DNA from: Candidatus Sericytochromatia bacterium
GTDB taxonomy: Bacteria; Cyanobacteriota; Sericytochromatia; S15B-MN24; JAQBPE01
Length of the DNA: 64,000 nt
Assembly (NCBI GenBank): GCA_040400605.1
Contig: JBBAPZ010000007.1
Coordinates: forward strand, 83,485-147,484
Direction of reading: 5' to 3'
Shown: in pieces, positions 20,382 to 33,138 of the stretch
Layout: each line of letters begins with the position of its first letter
Position numbering within the stretch: position 1 is the stretch's first letter
The notes under the pieces: model-generated
Databases searched by the model: none
What the model was told of the DNA's origin: nothing
The model's input: only the letters and a program-made list of their open reading frames with translations
Position numbers and translations under genes: made by a program

Positions 20382-23306
20382 ATGGAATCCAACACCGCGA
20401 CCCCATCGCAAGTGACGCCTGATAACACCGCTGGAACTGTTACGATTCATCGCCTTTGGTACTGGTTGACGGCCGCGTTCATGCTGCGGCTTTTGATACT
20501 GAATATGCCGTATATGTTTACGCTTGACGTGAACACATTCCGTTCGTGGGGTGAAACACTCTTCAAGGTTGATCCGACGCACTTTTACGACAACACCTGG
20601 AGTGATTATCCCCCGCTTTTCATGTACCTCCTGTGGTTGTGGAACTGGGTCGCACACACCTTTACTAACCAGTCCATGATGAGCCCCCAGTGGATCAAGT
20701 TTCCATCGTGCGTCGTAGATATTGTCAACGCGTATTTAATCTTTATCTTGCTGAAGGGTCGCGTGGCACTGCGGTCGGCCTACCGCAGTGCCATATTTTA
20801 TGCATTCAACCCCGTGATCATATTTGTATCTGCTGTTTGGGGCCAAGTGGATGCGTTAACAACACTGATGGCCTTACTGGTGACGTTGGTCGTTCTGCAA
20901 AACCGCTTCTTCACCAGTGCTGTGGTAGCCAGTGCTGCCATACTGATCAAGCCTCAGGGTCTGTTTATGGTACCCGTTGCGTGGTTTGCGCTTTGGCACA
21001 AACAGTTCAACATACAGCCCGAAGCCATTATGCAAGGCATATTCAAGGGATTGGTCCGTAATGCCTTGGCGATCGCTATCGGCAGTCTCACCGCGTACCT
21101 GTTAATCGTTCCAGCGGTTTGGCACAAACTTGATAATGGTATCACCCGGGTTGCGGGCCTGTTTGATTGCCCGAGGTGGCTTGCGGAACCGTATTTCTGG
21201 CTATACGGCCAGATGCTTAAAACGAGCGGTACGTATCCGTACAGTTCTGTCAACGCATTCAATTTGTGGATGCTTCCGCCGCCAAACGAGGCATGGCAGC
21301 CAGACAGCCGTATCTTGTTGGGGTTGACACATCAAACCTGGGGTTTCGTGCTGATTGGGCTCGTCATGGCGCTGGTTGGCATCCACCTTTACCGCCAAAG
21401 ACACGCACCGCAGGGGTATCCACTGTTTCTCGCCGCTGCGGTGATGCTGACAGGCTTCTACGTGGTGGCGACGCGAATGCACGAGCGTTACATTTTTCCG
21501 GCGATCGCCTTTTTGGCACTTGCCGCAGCCTGCAATCGACAGATTGCGTGGATTTACTGGACGATCTCGACCACCTCGTTTCTCTCGATCGCTTACATTT
21601 TTTATTTTTACAACGACCAGTCAACCTGGGTTGAAGCGCTGAAAGGCCTAATGAACAACGGACAGATGGCCGGGAGTTTAAAACTGTCTGGCGCGGTCAT
21701 GCTGTCGCTGGTAAACGTCTATGCTTTCTCTGAACTGCTTCTGTTCCTCTCTCCCAAGAGTGAAGTGTCCCAGGTTTTAAACGAATCAGCATTGGTGCGC
21801 CATTGGCGTACCCTTACCGCGACGGTCAAAGTGAGTCTGGTAGGAAAAATCGACTTCGTCATTGCAGGGGTGCTTGGCTGCATTTTCATCGCGGTCGCGT
21901 TGTACCGCCTAGGGATACCAAACGAGCAGATTTTTGACGAAGTTTATCACGCGCGAACCGCGATGGAGTACATCAAAGGGGTACCACCGTATGAGTGGAC
22001 CCATCCCCCGCTGTCGAAACTGATCGCAGCGTTGGGGATTCTGGGACTTGGTGGTGGTTTTGACCTCGCAGCCAAAACGTGGACCGAACACGTGGCCTTT
22101 TCGTGGCGCTTTACCAGCGTGATCTTTGGTGGATTGAGCATTGTGGTTGTGTATGCGTTGACCAGGTCCATGTTTAAGAACACAGCCATTGCGACCTTGG
22201 CGGCAGGACTGCTGATGTTCGATGGCGTCTTTTTCGTTCAAAGTCGCGTCGCGATGACCAACGTCTACGAGGTCTTTTTCATCATGCTCAGCGCCTATGG
22301 CACCTGGCGTTATCTTGAAACCGATCGTTCGCGCTATTTGAGCATCACAGCGCTGGCCATTGGCTGCGCACTGGCTTGTCGTTGGGCGAGCCTTTACGCT
22401 TGGGGATTGACTGGACTCCTGCTACTGTGGCACGCCTGGCGTGTCAAACTGCCCCAATGGTGCAGCCCTCCGAGCGATACTGAGTCCGGATGGCGCAACC
22501 TTGGGTCGATGTTCAACGCACTCGACAAGCAAAAAGCCCTGCAGTGGGTAGGTCTGATCGTCATCAGCATGTTTGTTGTACCAGCGGGCATTTACGGCCT
22601 GTCATACGTGCCCTACGTGCTGCAAGGCGATGGTACCGTCACAGACAAGTTGTTAAGCTGGAACTGGCAACAACGTGGTTGGGGACGCGTTTTGTTCTGG
22701 CAGACTGAAATGTGGAATTACCATGCCCATTTGCAGGCGACTCATCCTTACAACTCACCTTGGTTTACCTGGCCGCTCATGTTCAGACCGACTTGGTATT
22801 ATTTTCATGATTTCAAGGGCGAAGGCGGCTTGCAAGGCATCGCCGGGGTCTGGGCGATCGGTAATGCAGCTATTTGGTGGGCATCCATTCCGGCGTTGGC
22901 GTATGCAGGCTACCTGGCGTGGAGAGACCGTCTCAAAAATCTGGGAATGGTGGCCGTGCTTGGCTTGGGCCTGTGGTTGATGTGGGGCGTTCAGCCGCGT
23001 CCATTACTCTATATGCATTATATGTTGGAAACCATTCCCTTCGCGTGCATCGCAATTGCCTACATTGCCTATATCTGTTGGTACGGTGACAGCTGCGTTT
23101 CCCAGTCGAAAGCCCCGGACACTGTCGCGCCTGGTGGCCCGTTGACCCGTTGGATGTACACCTGTGGCGCGCGTCGGGTCTTCGTCATCATTTACGGTGT
23201 TGCCGTCGTGCTATGGTTCGTTTTTTATTATCCATTGCTCAGTGCGTGGTGCATCAGTTGGAAATACTACAATTGGCACGTCTGGTTCGGTCGAGCGTGG
23301 ATCTAG
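20382..23306 (+). CDS. Fusion of two GT-C glycosyltransferases: N-terminal Gpi18/Alg-like domain and C-terminal PMT/GT39-like domain
   Basis: N half: DYPP, FNP..SAVWGQVD, KPQ, MHERY. C half: FDEVYH, WTHPPLSK, SWRF, QSRVAM, HPYNSPWFTWP. Confidence 0.82.
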   Translation: MESNTATPSQVTPDNTAGTVTIHRLWYWLTAAFMLRLLILNMPYMFTLDVNTFRSWGETLFKVDPTHFYDNTWSDYPPLFMYLLWLWNWVAHTFTNQSMMSPQWIKFPSCVVDIVNAYLIFILLKGRVALRSAYRSAIFYAFNPVIIFVSAVWGQVDALTTLMALLVTLVVLQNRFFTSAVVASAAILIKPQGLFMVPVAWFALWHKQFNIQPEAIMQGIFKGLVRNALAIAIGSLTAYLLIVPAVWHKLDNGITRVAGLFDCPRWLAEPYFWLYGQMLKTSGTYPYSSVNAFNLWMLPPPNEAWQPDSRILLGLTHQTWGFVLIGLVMALVGIHLYRQRHAPQGYPLFLAAAVMLTGFYVVATRMHERYIFPAIAFLALAAACNRQIAWIYWTISTTSFLSIAYIFYFYNDQSTWVEALKGLMNNGQMAGSLKLSGAVMLSLVNVYAFSELLLFLSPKSEVSQVLNESALVRHWRTLTATVKVSLVGKIDFVIAGVLGCIFIAVALYRLGIPNEQIFDEVYHARTAMEYIKGVPPYEWTHPPLSKLIAALGILGLGGGFDLAAKTWTEHVAFSWRFTSVIFGGLSIVVVYALTRSMFKNTAIATLAAGLLMFDGVFFVQSRVAMTNVYEVFFIMLSAYGTWRYLETDRSRYLSITALAIGCALACRWASLYAWGLTGLLLLWHAWRVKLPQWCSPPSDTESGWRNLGSMFNALDKQKALQWVGLIVISMFVVPAGIYGLSYVPYVLQGDGTVTDKLLSWNWQQRGWGRVLFWQTEMWNYHAHLQATHPYNSPWFTWPLMFRPTWYYFHDFKGEGGLQGIAGVWAIGNAAIWWASIPALAYAGYLAWRDRLKNLGMVAVLGLGLWLMWGVQPRPLLYMHYMLETIPFACIAIAYIAYICWYGDSCVSQSKAPDTVAPGGPLTRWMYTCGARRVFVIIYGVAVVLWFVFYYPLLSAWCISWKYYNWHVWFGRAWI

Positions 23307-23555
23307 CGCGACCAAAGGCGCAAACATTCTATTACCCTGATGGGTTGTCCGTTCAAAATAGTGCCAAGCGAATTTGACGAGACAACCATCGACTTCCGAA
23401 GTATTGCCAGACGATACGGTTGTGGCGTTAATCCATTCATTTGGGTTGATGATCACAGAATTCCATCACTGACCAACGAAAACTCCGAAGCTTTCCTGGG
23501 TATGCATATATGTGAGCGGCATAGAGAATTCGGTACGCGTAGGAGACCAAATACA

Positions 23556-25064
23556 ATGAGCATCATCTCAAAAAGAAGTTACCGACTCGCAGCCTTGTTT
23601 CTGGTCGCAGCGTGTGCGAGTGGATGCCCTAATAACACGACTCCGACCGCGCCAAAGACCACCAAAGCGCCTGGGCAGTCCCCTAAACCGAGCCCAAACG
23701 CGTCAGCCACCTCAATAGCATCAACTGTACCCAGCACCTCTCCGCTCACATCACCACTTGTATCCCAACCGCCTGGTTCACCGAATGCGTCGGCGTCACC
23801 ATCTCCAAATACCAGCACGTCACCCAGCGTTTTGCCGTCGGCCTCCGTCAGCCAAGCACCAGGGGCAAGCCCATCCGCGTCATCCTCCACGGCACCAAGT
23901 GCAAGCCCATCGACAGCACCGTCGACCCAACCCAGCCCAAGCGCCTCCGCAGCTCCCAGCACCAGTCCTTCCGTGGCACCCTCTCCCCAACAACCAAGTA
24001 CGAGTCCTTCACCAGCAGTATCCAGTGCTCCAAGCGCGATTCCGTCGGCAGCGCCATCCGTGGCACCCAGTATTGCTCCCTCCCCCACACCGGGCCCATC
24101 GACGACACCAATACCTGGCGTCGCCAATACAGGCACAGTGTCAGCCTTCGCTGGCCGTGACGCCGGGTTTTTGGATGAAACCGGCTTGGATGCACAATTC
24201 TCGCTGCCAATCGGGTTGGCGATTGATGCTGCTGGCAATCTCTACGTGGCGGATAGTGGCAACCACGCCATTCGGAAAATTACGCCCGCAGGCGTGGTCA
24301 GCACGTTGGCAGGGGGATCGCGCGGTTTCGTTAATGGCACTGGCAACCAAGCCAGATTCGACGCGCCAAACGGTATCGCCATTGATTCCACGGGCAATCT
24401 GTATGTCGCTGATTCAGGCAATCACGCGATTCGCAAGGTGACGCCGGCCGGGGTAGTGAGTACATTTTCAGGTAACACCGCAGGCAATTCAGGCACAAGC
24501 CTCGGACAATACAACAGTCCAGACAGCATTGTCATCGATGGCAGCAACAACCTTTATGTCACCGATACGAACAATCGCCGCATCGTGAAGCTCAGCAACA
24601 CCGGCACTGCCACCTTGTTCGCCGGCAGTGGCACGTTGGGCCAAGACGACGGGACAGGCGCAGCCGCAAGTTTCTTCAGTCCAAAGAGTATTACCCGCGA
24701 CGGGACGGGTACGATGTGGGTAGCAGACTCCTTTGTAATCCGTAAAATCTCGTCAGCCGGTGCGGTCACAACACCCAACCTGACGGGCGCCAATTTCACC
24801 ACGCCAATTCTGGCAGGTGGAAGTGCGGGTGGAAGCGAGTTCATCTATGCTGCAGATGCGGGAAAACATACGGTTTATCGGGTCGATATCACGGCAACGG
24901 GGTTGGAGGCCACGGCAATCGCAGGTGGTGTCAACCTGACCGGAACGGCAAACGGCACAGGAACGAACGCGCGCTTCAATCAACCGGAAGGATTAGTCTT
25001 GACGCCGTCGGGCAAGTTGTATATCTCAGATACTGCAAACCACCGTATCCGACAGATACAGTAA
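23556..25064 (+). CDS. Lipoprotein with long Ser/Thr/Pro linker and NHL beta-propeller
   Basis: AGGAG SD before ATG 23556; signal ending ACASGC; PSASPS-type low complexity; PxGIAIDxxGNLYVADSGNHAIRK repeats. Confidence 0.88.
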   Translation: MSIISKRSYRLAALFLVAACASGCPNNTTPTAPKTTKAPGQSPKPSPNASATSIASTVPSTSPLTSPLVSQPPGSPNASASPSPNTSTSPSVLPSASVSQAPGASPSASSSTAPSASPSTAPSTQPSPSASAAPSTSPSVAPSPQQPSTSPSPAVSSAPSAIPSAAPSVAPSIAPSPTPGPSTTPIPGVANTGTVSAFAGRDAGFLDETGLDAQFSLPIGLAIDAAGNLYVADSGNHAIRKITPAGVVSTLAGGSRGFVNGTGNQARFDAPNGIAIDSTGNLYVADSGNHAIRKVTPAGVVSTFSGNTAGNSGTSLGQYNSPDSIVIDGSNNLYVTDTNNRRIVKLSNTGTATLFAGSGTLGQDDGTGAAASFFSPKSITRDGTGTMWVADSFVIRKISSAGAVTTPNLTGANFTTPILAGGSAGGSEFIYAADAGKHTVYRVDITATGLEATAIAGGVNLTGTANGTGTNARFNQPEGLVLTPSGKLYISDTANHRIRQIQ

Positions 25065-25087
25065 AGCCATTATTGAATAAGTGATGG

Positions 25088-26182
25088 TTGAACGATGATG
25101 CGTCGATGAATTCCGAGTCATTGCTCCTGCATCAAAAAGGAGCTGGTTTACAGAAGTCGGGTGATCTCCCAGCAGCCCGCGACGCTTACATCGCGGCGCT
25201 GGCTCTAGATCCCAGACTTGAGCTCACGCGCGCAAACCTGGCAGGTATCTGTTACCAGTTGGGTGAAATCGATCATGCCATCACGAATTATCAACTGTTG
25301 CTTGAAGCGCATCCGTTGAATATCAAGGCCCGCTTCAACCTTGCGATGGTCTATGCCGCCATTGGTCGTTACGAACAGGCTGGGCAAGCCTTTCGTGGGG
25401 TCTTGCAGCTCGCACCCGATCACGCCTTGGCCCTGACCAATCTCGCACGAATTCTTATCCAACAATCGCGCCACGGTGAAGCGATTGCCGCCTTGGAGCA
25501 ACTGTTGCGCATTAACCCTCAAGACCCTGGTATTTACTATCAACTGGGAAGGTTACAACTGACGATCGGTGATGCAACTACTGCCGAAAAGACCTGGCTG
25601 CTCGGCATGTCCATTCAGGACGATTACCAGCCCATTCTTCTCGCATTGGCAAATCTCGGCAATCAACGCAGCCAGTGGCATCTCTGCCAGCAGTACGCCC
25701 AAAAAGTATTGCGCGCGCACCCCGATCACGCACAAGCCCTGTTATTATGCGCTGAATCCCATACACGGCTGCTGGAGCACAATCAAGCCCGCATTATCCT
25801 TCAACAGTTGCTCCACTATTACCCAGAGCAGGTTGAAGGGCTGTTTCAACTCGGCGTTCTCCAACACACATCGGGAGACCTGAATAACGCAAAAAAACTG
25901 TTAATCTCCGCACTGACAATTAATGAACAGCACGCCGGGTGTCATAACGAACTGGGAACGATTTTCTATCGCGAAGGTAATTGGTCACTGGCGCTTCATC
26001 ATTATCGCGAAGCAGTCAGCATCAATCCAGAAAATCCAATCATCCAGGCAAATATCGGCTTCACGCATCTGGCTCTCGGCGAGCGTGAAGCGGCCGCACA
26101 GTCCTTCGAAACTTATTTAAACAAACCGGATGTATCCGATGCTATCACACACTCCGTTCAGTGTGCCCTTTCTCTTTTATAA
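25088..26182 (+). CDS. Tetratricopeptide repeat protein
   Basis: Repeated A..NLA....G....A...Y...L...P units throughout. Confidence 0.88.
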   Translation: MNDDASMNSESLLLHQKGAGLQKSGDLPAARDAYIAALALDPRLELTRANLAGICYQLGEIDHAITNYQLLLEAHPLNIKARFNLAMVYAAIGRYEQAGQAFRGVLQLAPDHALALTNLARILIQQSRHGEAIAALEQLLRINPQDPGIYYQLGRLQLTIGDATTAEKTWLLGMSIQDDYQPILLALANLGNQRSQWHLCQQYAQKVLRAHPDHAQALLLCAESHTRLLEHNQARIILQQLLHYYPEQVEGLFQLGVLQHTSGDLNNAKKLLISALTINEQHAGCHNELGTIFYREGNWSLALHHYREAVSINPENPIIQANIGFTHLALGEREAAAQSFETYLNKPDVSDAITHSVQCALSLL

Positions 26183-26187
26183 CAAAA

Positions 26188-26209
26188 CTGCTCCGCAAAA
26201 GCGGAGCAG
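26188..26209 (-). terminator. Rho-independent terminator of rplL
   Basis: CTGCTCCGC-AAAA-GCGGAGCAG perfect hairpin followed by TTTTGTT on the minus strand. Confidence 0.8.
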
Positions 26210-26251
26210 CCAGCTAAATTAAAAAACACACCGCTCGAACCGAGCGACCGA

Positions 26252-26632
26252 TTACTTGATCGAAACCTTGGCGCCTTCGGCTTCCAGCTTTTCCTTAATC
26301 GCTTGTGCTTCTTCCTTCTTGATCTTTTCTTTAACCGGCTTGGGTGCATTGTCCACCAAGTCTTTGGCTTCTTTCAAACCAAGACCGGTCGCTTCGCGAA
26401 CAACCTTCAGAACCTGAATCTTCTTCTCACCTGCTGACTCGAGGATGACATCAAACTCAGTCTGCTCTTCAACAGCAGGGGCAGCGGCTGCAGCAGGAGC
26501 AGCAGCAAAGGCCATTGGAGCCGCAGCGGAAACACCGAACTTCTCTTCCAGAGCCTTGACTAGTTCAGACAGCTCCAAAACGGTCATCGACTCGATCGCA
26601 CCGATCAATTCACCTTGAGACAAAGATGACAT
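26252..26632 (-). CDS. rplL: 50S ribosomal protein L7/L12
   Basis: [40 protein letters not shown]. Confidence 0.97.
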   Translation of the reverse strand: MSSLSQGELIGAIESMTVLELSELVKALEEKFGVSAAAPMAFAAAPAAAAAPAVEEQTEFDVILESAGEKKIQVLKVVREATGLGLKEAKDLVDNAPKPVKEKIKKEEAQAIKEKLEAEGAKVSIK

Positions 26633-26694
26633 TATACTTCTCCTTGTAAAATACCAGGGATACAACCCCTGCAACAAACCCTACACTAACCGGT

Positions 26695-27234
26695 TCAGGC
26701 GGACTGCTCTTCTTTCTGTTTACGGATCGCATCAAGCGCATACACCAAACTGCGATTCGTACCCGAAAGCACGGTGACCAGACCACGAACAGGCCCATTG
26801 AGCACACCCAAAAGCTGTGCCACCAAGACCTCGCGACTTGGCAGCTCGGCCAAACCTTCGACACCCTTCGCAGAGATCGCCTTCCCCTGCAACACACCCC
26901 CACGAACAGTCACCTTGACTGCCCGTTTCTCCTTGGCGAAGTCGTTCAGCGCCTTGGCAGGTCCGACGACATCATCGAACCCGAACACGATCGCTGTCGG
27001 TCCCGCCAAAAGTGTTTCAAGCGACGACCAGGATTCATGACCAGACGTAGCGACTTTGACCAATGTGTTCTTCGACACAACCACGTCACCACCAGCTTTC
27101 TGCACGCGACGACGAAGATCTGTCAGCTGAGCAACCGTTAACCCACGATAATCAGCAATAATCGCAATCTGCGCCCTTTCAAAATTCGAACGCAAGGCAT
27201 CGACTGAACTCCCTTTTTGTTGTTTAGTTGGCAT
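26695..27234 (-). CDS. rplJ: 50S ribosomal protein L10
   Basis: DYRGLTV, KNTL, GPTA, LPSRE; GAGGAGGT SD. Confidence 0.96.
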   Translation of the reverse strand: MPTKQQKGSSVDALRSNFERAQIAIIADYRGLTVAQLTDLRRRVQKAGGDVVVSKNTLVKVATSGHESWSSLETLLAGPTAIVFGFDDVVGPAKALNDFAKEKRAVKVTVRGGVLQGKAISAKGVEGLAELPSREVLVAQLLGVLNGPVRGLVTVLSGTNRSLVYALDAIRKQKEEQSA

Positions 27235-27249
27235 GTTTATCACCTCCTC

Positions 27250-27385
27250 ATACTAAAATGAACGGGGCCCTCGCGAGACTGCAAGGGCCCAATCAAACTG
27301 CCTATTCAGACAGCCAATGAGACTTACAACCTCGGCAGGCGGGGTCACCCCCATTACCTTAAAAGACCTGCTATCTTCAGTTGAA
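27250..27385 (-). promoter_or_regulatory. L10 leader (ribosomal protein autoregulatory RNA)
   Basis: Minus strand reads GAAGATAGCAGG...TTAA...CCTGCCGAGG followed by a GC hairpin, between rplA and rplJ. Confidence 0.82.
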
Positions 27386-27389
27386 CCAA

Positions 27390-28103
27390 TTACTTGTTCA
27401 CACCAGTTAACTCAGGAAGTCGCGCCAAATCTAACCGAACGCCAGGCCCCATCGTCGACGAAACGAAAACGCTCTTGATGTACGTACCTTTGGCCGCAGC
27501 CGGCTTTACCTTGTTAAGGGCATCATACAAAGCCGCCAAATTGGTGTGCAACCGCTCGGCATCAAAGGAAGCCCTGCCAACAGGTACGTGAACAATACCC
27601 TGCTTGTCAGCGCGAAACTCAACCTTACCAGCCTTGAACTCCTTGACAGCTTTACCGATTTCGGTCGTTACAGTGCCAGCCTTGGGCGACGGCATCAAAC
27701 CCCGCGGGCCAAGAACCTTACCCAACTTGCCCAAAGCACCCATGATATCCGGTGACGCTATCAACAGATCGAAATCCATCCAGCCGCTTTCGATTTTTTG
27801 AATAAGTTCTTCAGAACCGACGACATCCGCGCCGGCAGCCTCGGCTTCCTTCACCCGTTCACCCTTTGTGATAACCGCCACCCGAACATCCTTGCCCGTG
27901 CCGGCCGGCAACACAACAGTGGACCGAACTTGTTGATCCGCATGCCGAGTATTGATACCCAATCGGAAATGAGCCTCAATCGTCTCATCAAATTTGGCCG
28001 TTGCCGCCTTCCGCGACAACTCCAAAGCCTCGCCAGGACCATAACTCTTGGCGCGATCAACCAACTCAACCGCAGCTTTCTGCCTTTTTGAAAGCTTAGC
28101 CAT
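27390..28103 (-). CDS. rplA: 50S ribosomal protein L1
   Basis: [36 protein letters not shown]. Confidence 0.97.
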   Translation of the reverse strand: MAKLSKRQKAAVELVDRAKSYGPGEALELSRKAATAKFDETIEAHFRLGINTRHADQQVRSTVVLPAGTGKDVRVAVITKGERVKEAEAAGADVVGSEELIQKIESGWMDFDLLIASPDIMGALGKLGKVLGPRGLMPSPKAGTVTTEIGKAVKEFKAGKVEFRADKQGIVHVPVGRASFDAERLHTNLAALYDALNKVKPAAAKGTYIKSVFVSSTMGPGVRLDLARLPELTGVNK

Positions 28104-28115
28104 AAATACCTCCCC

Positions 28116-28142
28116 GCGGTGCAAACGGCAAAAGCCTCCCGC
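28116..28142 (-). promoter_or_regulatory. Putative L1-binding leader upstream of rplA
   Basis: Minus strand GCGGGAG-GC-TTTT-GCC-GTTTGCACCGC: stem with GGAG internal loop next to the rplA SD. Confidence 0.55.
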
Positions 28143-28170
28143 AATCGTCAAGTGTTAACGCAAAACCTAC

Positions 28171-28596
28171 TCAAGATTCAATCAAAACGCCCATGCTGCG
28201 AGCAGTTCCGCGAATCATTTGCTCTGCCGCTTCCAAACTCGTGGCATTCAAATCTGGCATCTTGAGTGTCGCAATCTCAGTGACCTGCGCTTTCGACAAA
28301 GTACCAACCTTATTCTTATTTGGAACGCCCGACCCCTTATCGATACCAAGTGCTTTCGTGATCAACACCGCAGCAGGCGGCGTCTTCAGAACAAACGTGA
28401 AGGAGCGATCCTCATAAACCGTAATTTCGACCGGAATGACCGTGCCGACTTTGTCAGCTGTCTGCGCATTGTAGGCTTTGCAAAACTCCATAATGTTAAC
28501 ACCATGCTGACCCAAAGCCGGGCCAACAGGTGGCGCCGGATTTGCCTTGCCAGCCGGCAATTGTAACTTGATAAAGCCTGTCGCTTTCTTAGCCAT
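28171..28596 (-). CDS. rplK: 50S ribosomal protein L11
   Basis: [34 protein letters not shown]. Confidence 0.98.
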   Translation of the reverse strand: MAKKATGFIKLQLPAGKANPAPPVGPALGQHGVNIMEFCKAYNAQTADKVGTVIPVEITVYEDRSFTFVLKTPPAAVLITKALGIDKGSGVPNKNKVGTLSKAQVTEIATLKMPDLNATSLEAAEQMIRGTARSMGVLIES

Positions 28597-28610
28597 TTCT
28601 CATCCCCTTT

Positions 28611-29132
28611 TTAAACCTTTGCCACTTGAGCGAACTCAAGCTCAACAGGAGTTGCTCGACCAAAAATCGAAACCGAGACCTTGAGCTTGCCGCGCTCTGG
28701 ATTGACTTCGATAATCTCCCCGCTGAAATCCGCGAAAGGCCCAGATATCACTTTCACATGTTCCCCGATGTGCAAATCGATCTGAACCTTCTGCTTACTG
28801 GCGGCCCGCCTGAATATCTTTCGCACCTCACGCTCGAGCAAAGGAGTCGGCTTGGTCGCAGAACCGACGAAGGAGGTCACACCTGGCGTGCTGCGCACGA
28901 CGTGCCAAGACTCCTCATCTAAATCCATCTCAACCAGAACGTAGCCTGGAAAAACCTTGCGAGGTTTCTCAACACGCTTGCCATCCTTTATCTCAACGAC
29001 GGTCTCTTCGGGAACCTCTACGTGAAAGACCCGATCAGACATATTCATCGACTCAATACGACGCAACAGGTTATTCTTAACCTTGTCTTCGTATCCAGAA
29101 TACGTGTTGATCACATACCACTTCTTAGCCAT
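28611..29132 (-). CDS. nusG: Transcription termination/antitermination factor NusG
   Basis: [23 protein letters not shown] motif [18 protein letters not shown]. Confidence 0.97.
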   Translation of the reverse strand: MAKKWYVINTYSGYEDKVKNNLLRRIESMNMSDRVFHVEVPEETVVEIKDGKRVEKPRKVFPGYVLVEMDLDEESWHVVRSTPGVTSFVGSATKPTPLLEREVRKIFRRAASKQKVQIDLHIGEHVKVISGPFADFSGEIIEVNPERGKLKVSVSIFGRATPVELEFAQVAKV

Positions 29133-29191
29133 GTCACCCTCGCAGGACTTAAGCCCGCTCCAAACCCAACAAAATCAAGTCAACAGAACCG

Positions 29192-29494
29192 TTAACCACC
29201 AAACAGAACCCGATTGAACACCAACGCAAAAAAACGATCCAATCCTGTTATCAAGGCGGTAAAGAAAAAGACGACTACCAGAACAACAAAAGTTTCAATC
29301 ACAACCATCTTGCGCGTCGGCCAAGTTACCTTGGACAACTCATCTCGAACCCCGCTTAAAAAACCTACGTACTTCGAAAAGAATCCAGGCCCAATGCCTG
29401 CGCCACCTAACTGGAGCGACCGTTCACGCGCATGATCATCGTCGACTGGGGCATCAGAGCCACTGGCTGGCGTTGAGTCATCTAATTGCTTCAC
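29192..29494 (-). CDS. secE: Preprotein translocase subunit SecE
   Basis: ELSKVTWPTR followed by one TM helix; GTG start 5 nt after the rpmG stop. Confidence 0.9.
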   Translation of the reverse strand: MKQLDDSTPASGSDAPVDDDHARERSLQLGGAGIGPGFFSKYVGFLSGVRDELSKVTWPTRKMVVIETFVVLVVVFFFTALITGLDRFFALVFNRVLFGG

Positions 29495-29499
29495 GGCCT

Positions 29500-29649
29500 T
29501 TACTTGGTTTCCTTGTGCGAATGGTAACCTCGACACGTGCGACAAAACTTGTTTAACTCTAAACGATCTGGATGTGTCTTCTTGTTTTTGGTCGTGACAT
29601 AGTTGCGCCGCTTGCACTCACCACAGGCGAGCGTGATGATGATCCGCAT
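29500..29649 (-). CDS. rpmG: 50S ribosomal protein L33 (zinc-binding form)
   Basis: [17 protein letters not shown]...[24 protein letters not shown]. Confidence 0.96.
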   Translation of the reverse strand: MRIIITLACGECKRRNYVTTKNKKTHPDRLELNKFCRTCRGYHSHKETK

Positions 29650-29779
29650 AAAAAATCCTTTCCCGAACGCACAAGCACTGCAACAAACGCAACCAAATTG
29701 TGCGCGCATCACAGAACGGCGTTCCCGTAAGCTGCATACCATAGCAATCGTCTAATGCCGCGTCTAAACGGCCTTAACA

Positions 29780-29808
29780 AGGTTATCATAATCAATAGAT
29801 GGTGTCAA
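29780..29808 (-). promoter_or_regulatory. Sigma70-type promoter of the rpmG-secE-nusG-rpl operon
   Basis: Minus strand TTGACA - 17 bp - TAACCT with a TG extension. Confidence 0.7.
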
Positions 29809-30313
29809 TATAATGCTTAATCTGGAAACTTAATTCAAGCTTAATACTTGCGCAAGATCAGAGGGGCATGCCTCGGACGGGCCAACAATCCAAGAAGTCA
29901 AAGCTACAGCGGAGTTACCGATTTCGCCGAAGCAGACCCACTTTGATTGCTGGCAACAAAACCCGTGACACTGAACGTTTGCTGCCTTGCCGCGGCAGAG
30001 CCAGGAAAGCCATACCCCGCATATGTGCACCAGTCAGACGGGTGGCAACGGCCGCAGGCAAGGACGCCCGCACCGTTCGTGAAAACACTCCAACATTCTC
30101 GGTACGTCAAGCACGCTGAAATAACTGAGAAAAACGGATGAGAACCCTCCCGGTCTCACGCGTGACCCCGGTTACGCTCCGAACACCTTGACGCAGGGAA
30201 CCCCAACACGCAAAACAACCAACAGAAGAAAGCATCTGGATAGTCCCGAATTCCTGATCCACGCTACGAAATCAAGTCAAAGACCGCACGCCTCCAAACT
30301 TAACCTCCAAGAA

Positions 30314-30345
30314 GCAGGCGCCGACCCTTTGGGGCCGGCGCCTGC
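30314..30345 (-). terminator. Terminator of the atp operon
   Basis: GCAGGCGCCGGCCC..GGGTCGGCGCCTGC hairpin followed by TTCTT just downstream of atpC. Confidence 0.8.
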
Positions 30346-30362
30346 GAGCAAAAGCAGACTTC

Positions 30363-30776
30363 TCAGCAGCGTCGTGACAAACCACCAAGGAGGTTCACTG
30401 CCTTCAAACGCACAATGGCCTTTTGCAAGGCAATCTCCGAGGACGTTTCATTGAACTTGGACAAAGCTGCCTCCGCACGCCCCTTGGCCTGCTGCGCACG
30501 CAACTCATCAATTTCCTCACCAAGTTCCGCCGCATCCGTCAAAACGGTAGCCTTCCGGGCCTGAACGTTTAAAAAACCACCCATCACCGTCATAACGCGA
30601 TCCTCACCAGAAACCCGATAATGAAGCAAACCTGGCTTTAACGACGTCAACAAAGGCGCATGACCCGGCAGGACTCCCAAATCACCGTCAACTCCAGAAA
30701 GCCAAAAACGATCGACCAAACCCGAGAAAACCAACCGGTCGGGCGCAACCACTTCAAGTGCGATGGTATGTGCCAT
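30363..30776 (-). CDS. atpC: ATP synthase F1 epsilon subunit
   Basis: LEVVAPDR, GVLPGHAPL, GGF, ID..RA..AK.RAE. Confidence 0.95.
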   Translation of the reverse strand: MAHTIALEVVAPDRLVFSGLVDRFWLSGVDGDLGVLPGHAPLLTSLKPGLLHYRVSGEDRVMTVMGGFLNVQARKATVLTDAAELGEEIDELRAQQAKGRAEAALSKFNETSSEIALQKAIVRLKAVNLLGGLSRRC

Positions 30777-30781
30777 TCCAA

Positions 30782-33129
<2,348 letters not shown>

Positions 33130-33138
33130 ATCGAATTC

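Noticed and set aside
29830..30300. tmRNA, RNase P RNA or tRNA cluster in the rpmG-atpC gap
   Set aside because: No tRNA-like ends, no GAGGAAAGTCC motif and no T-loop motifs.
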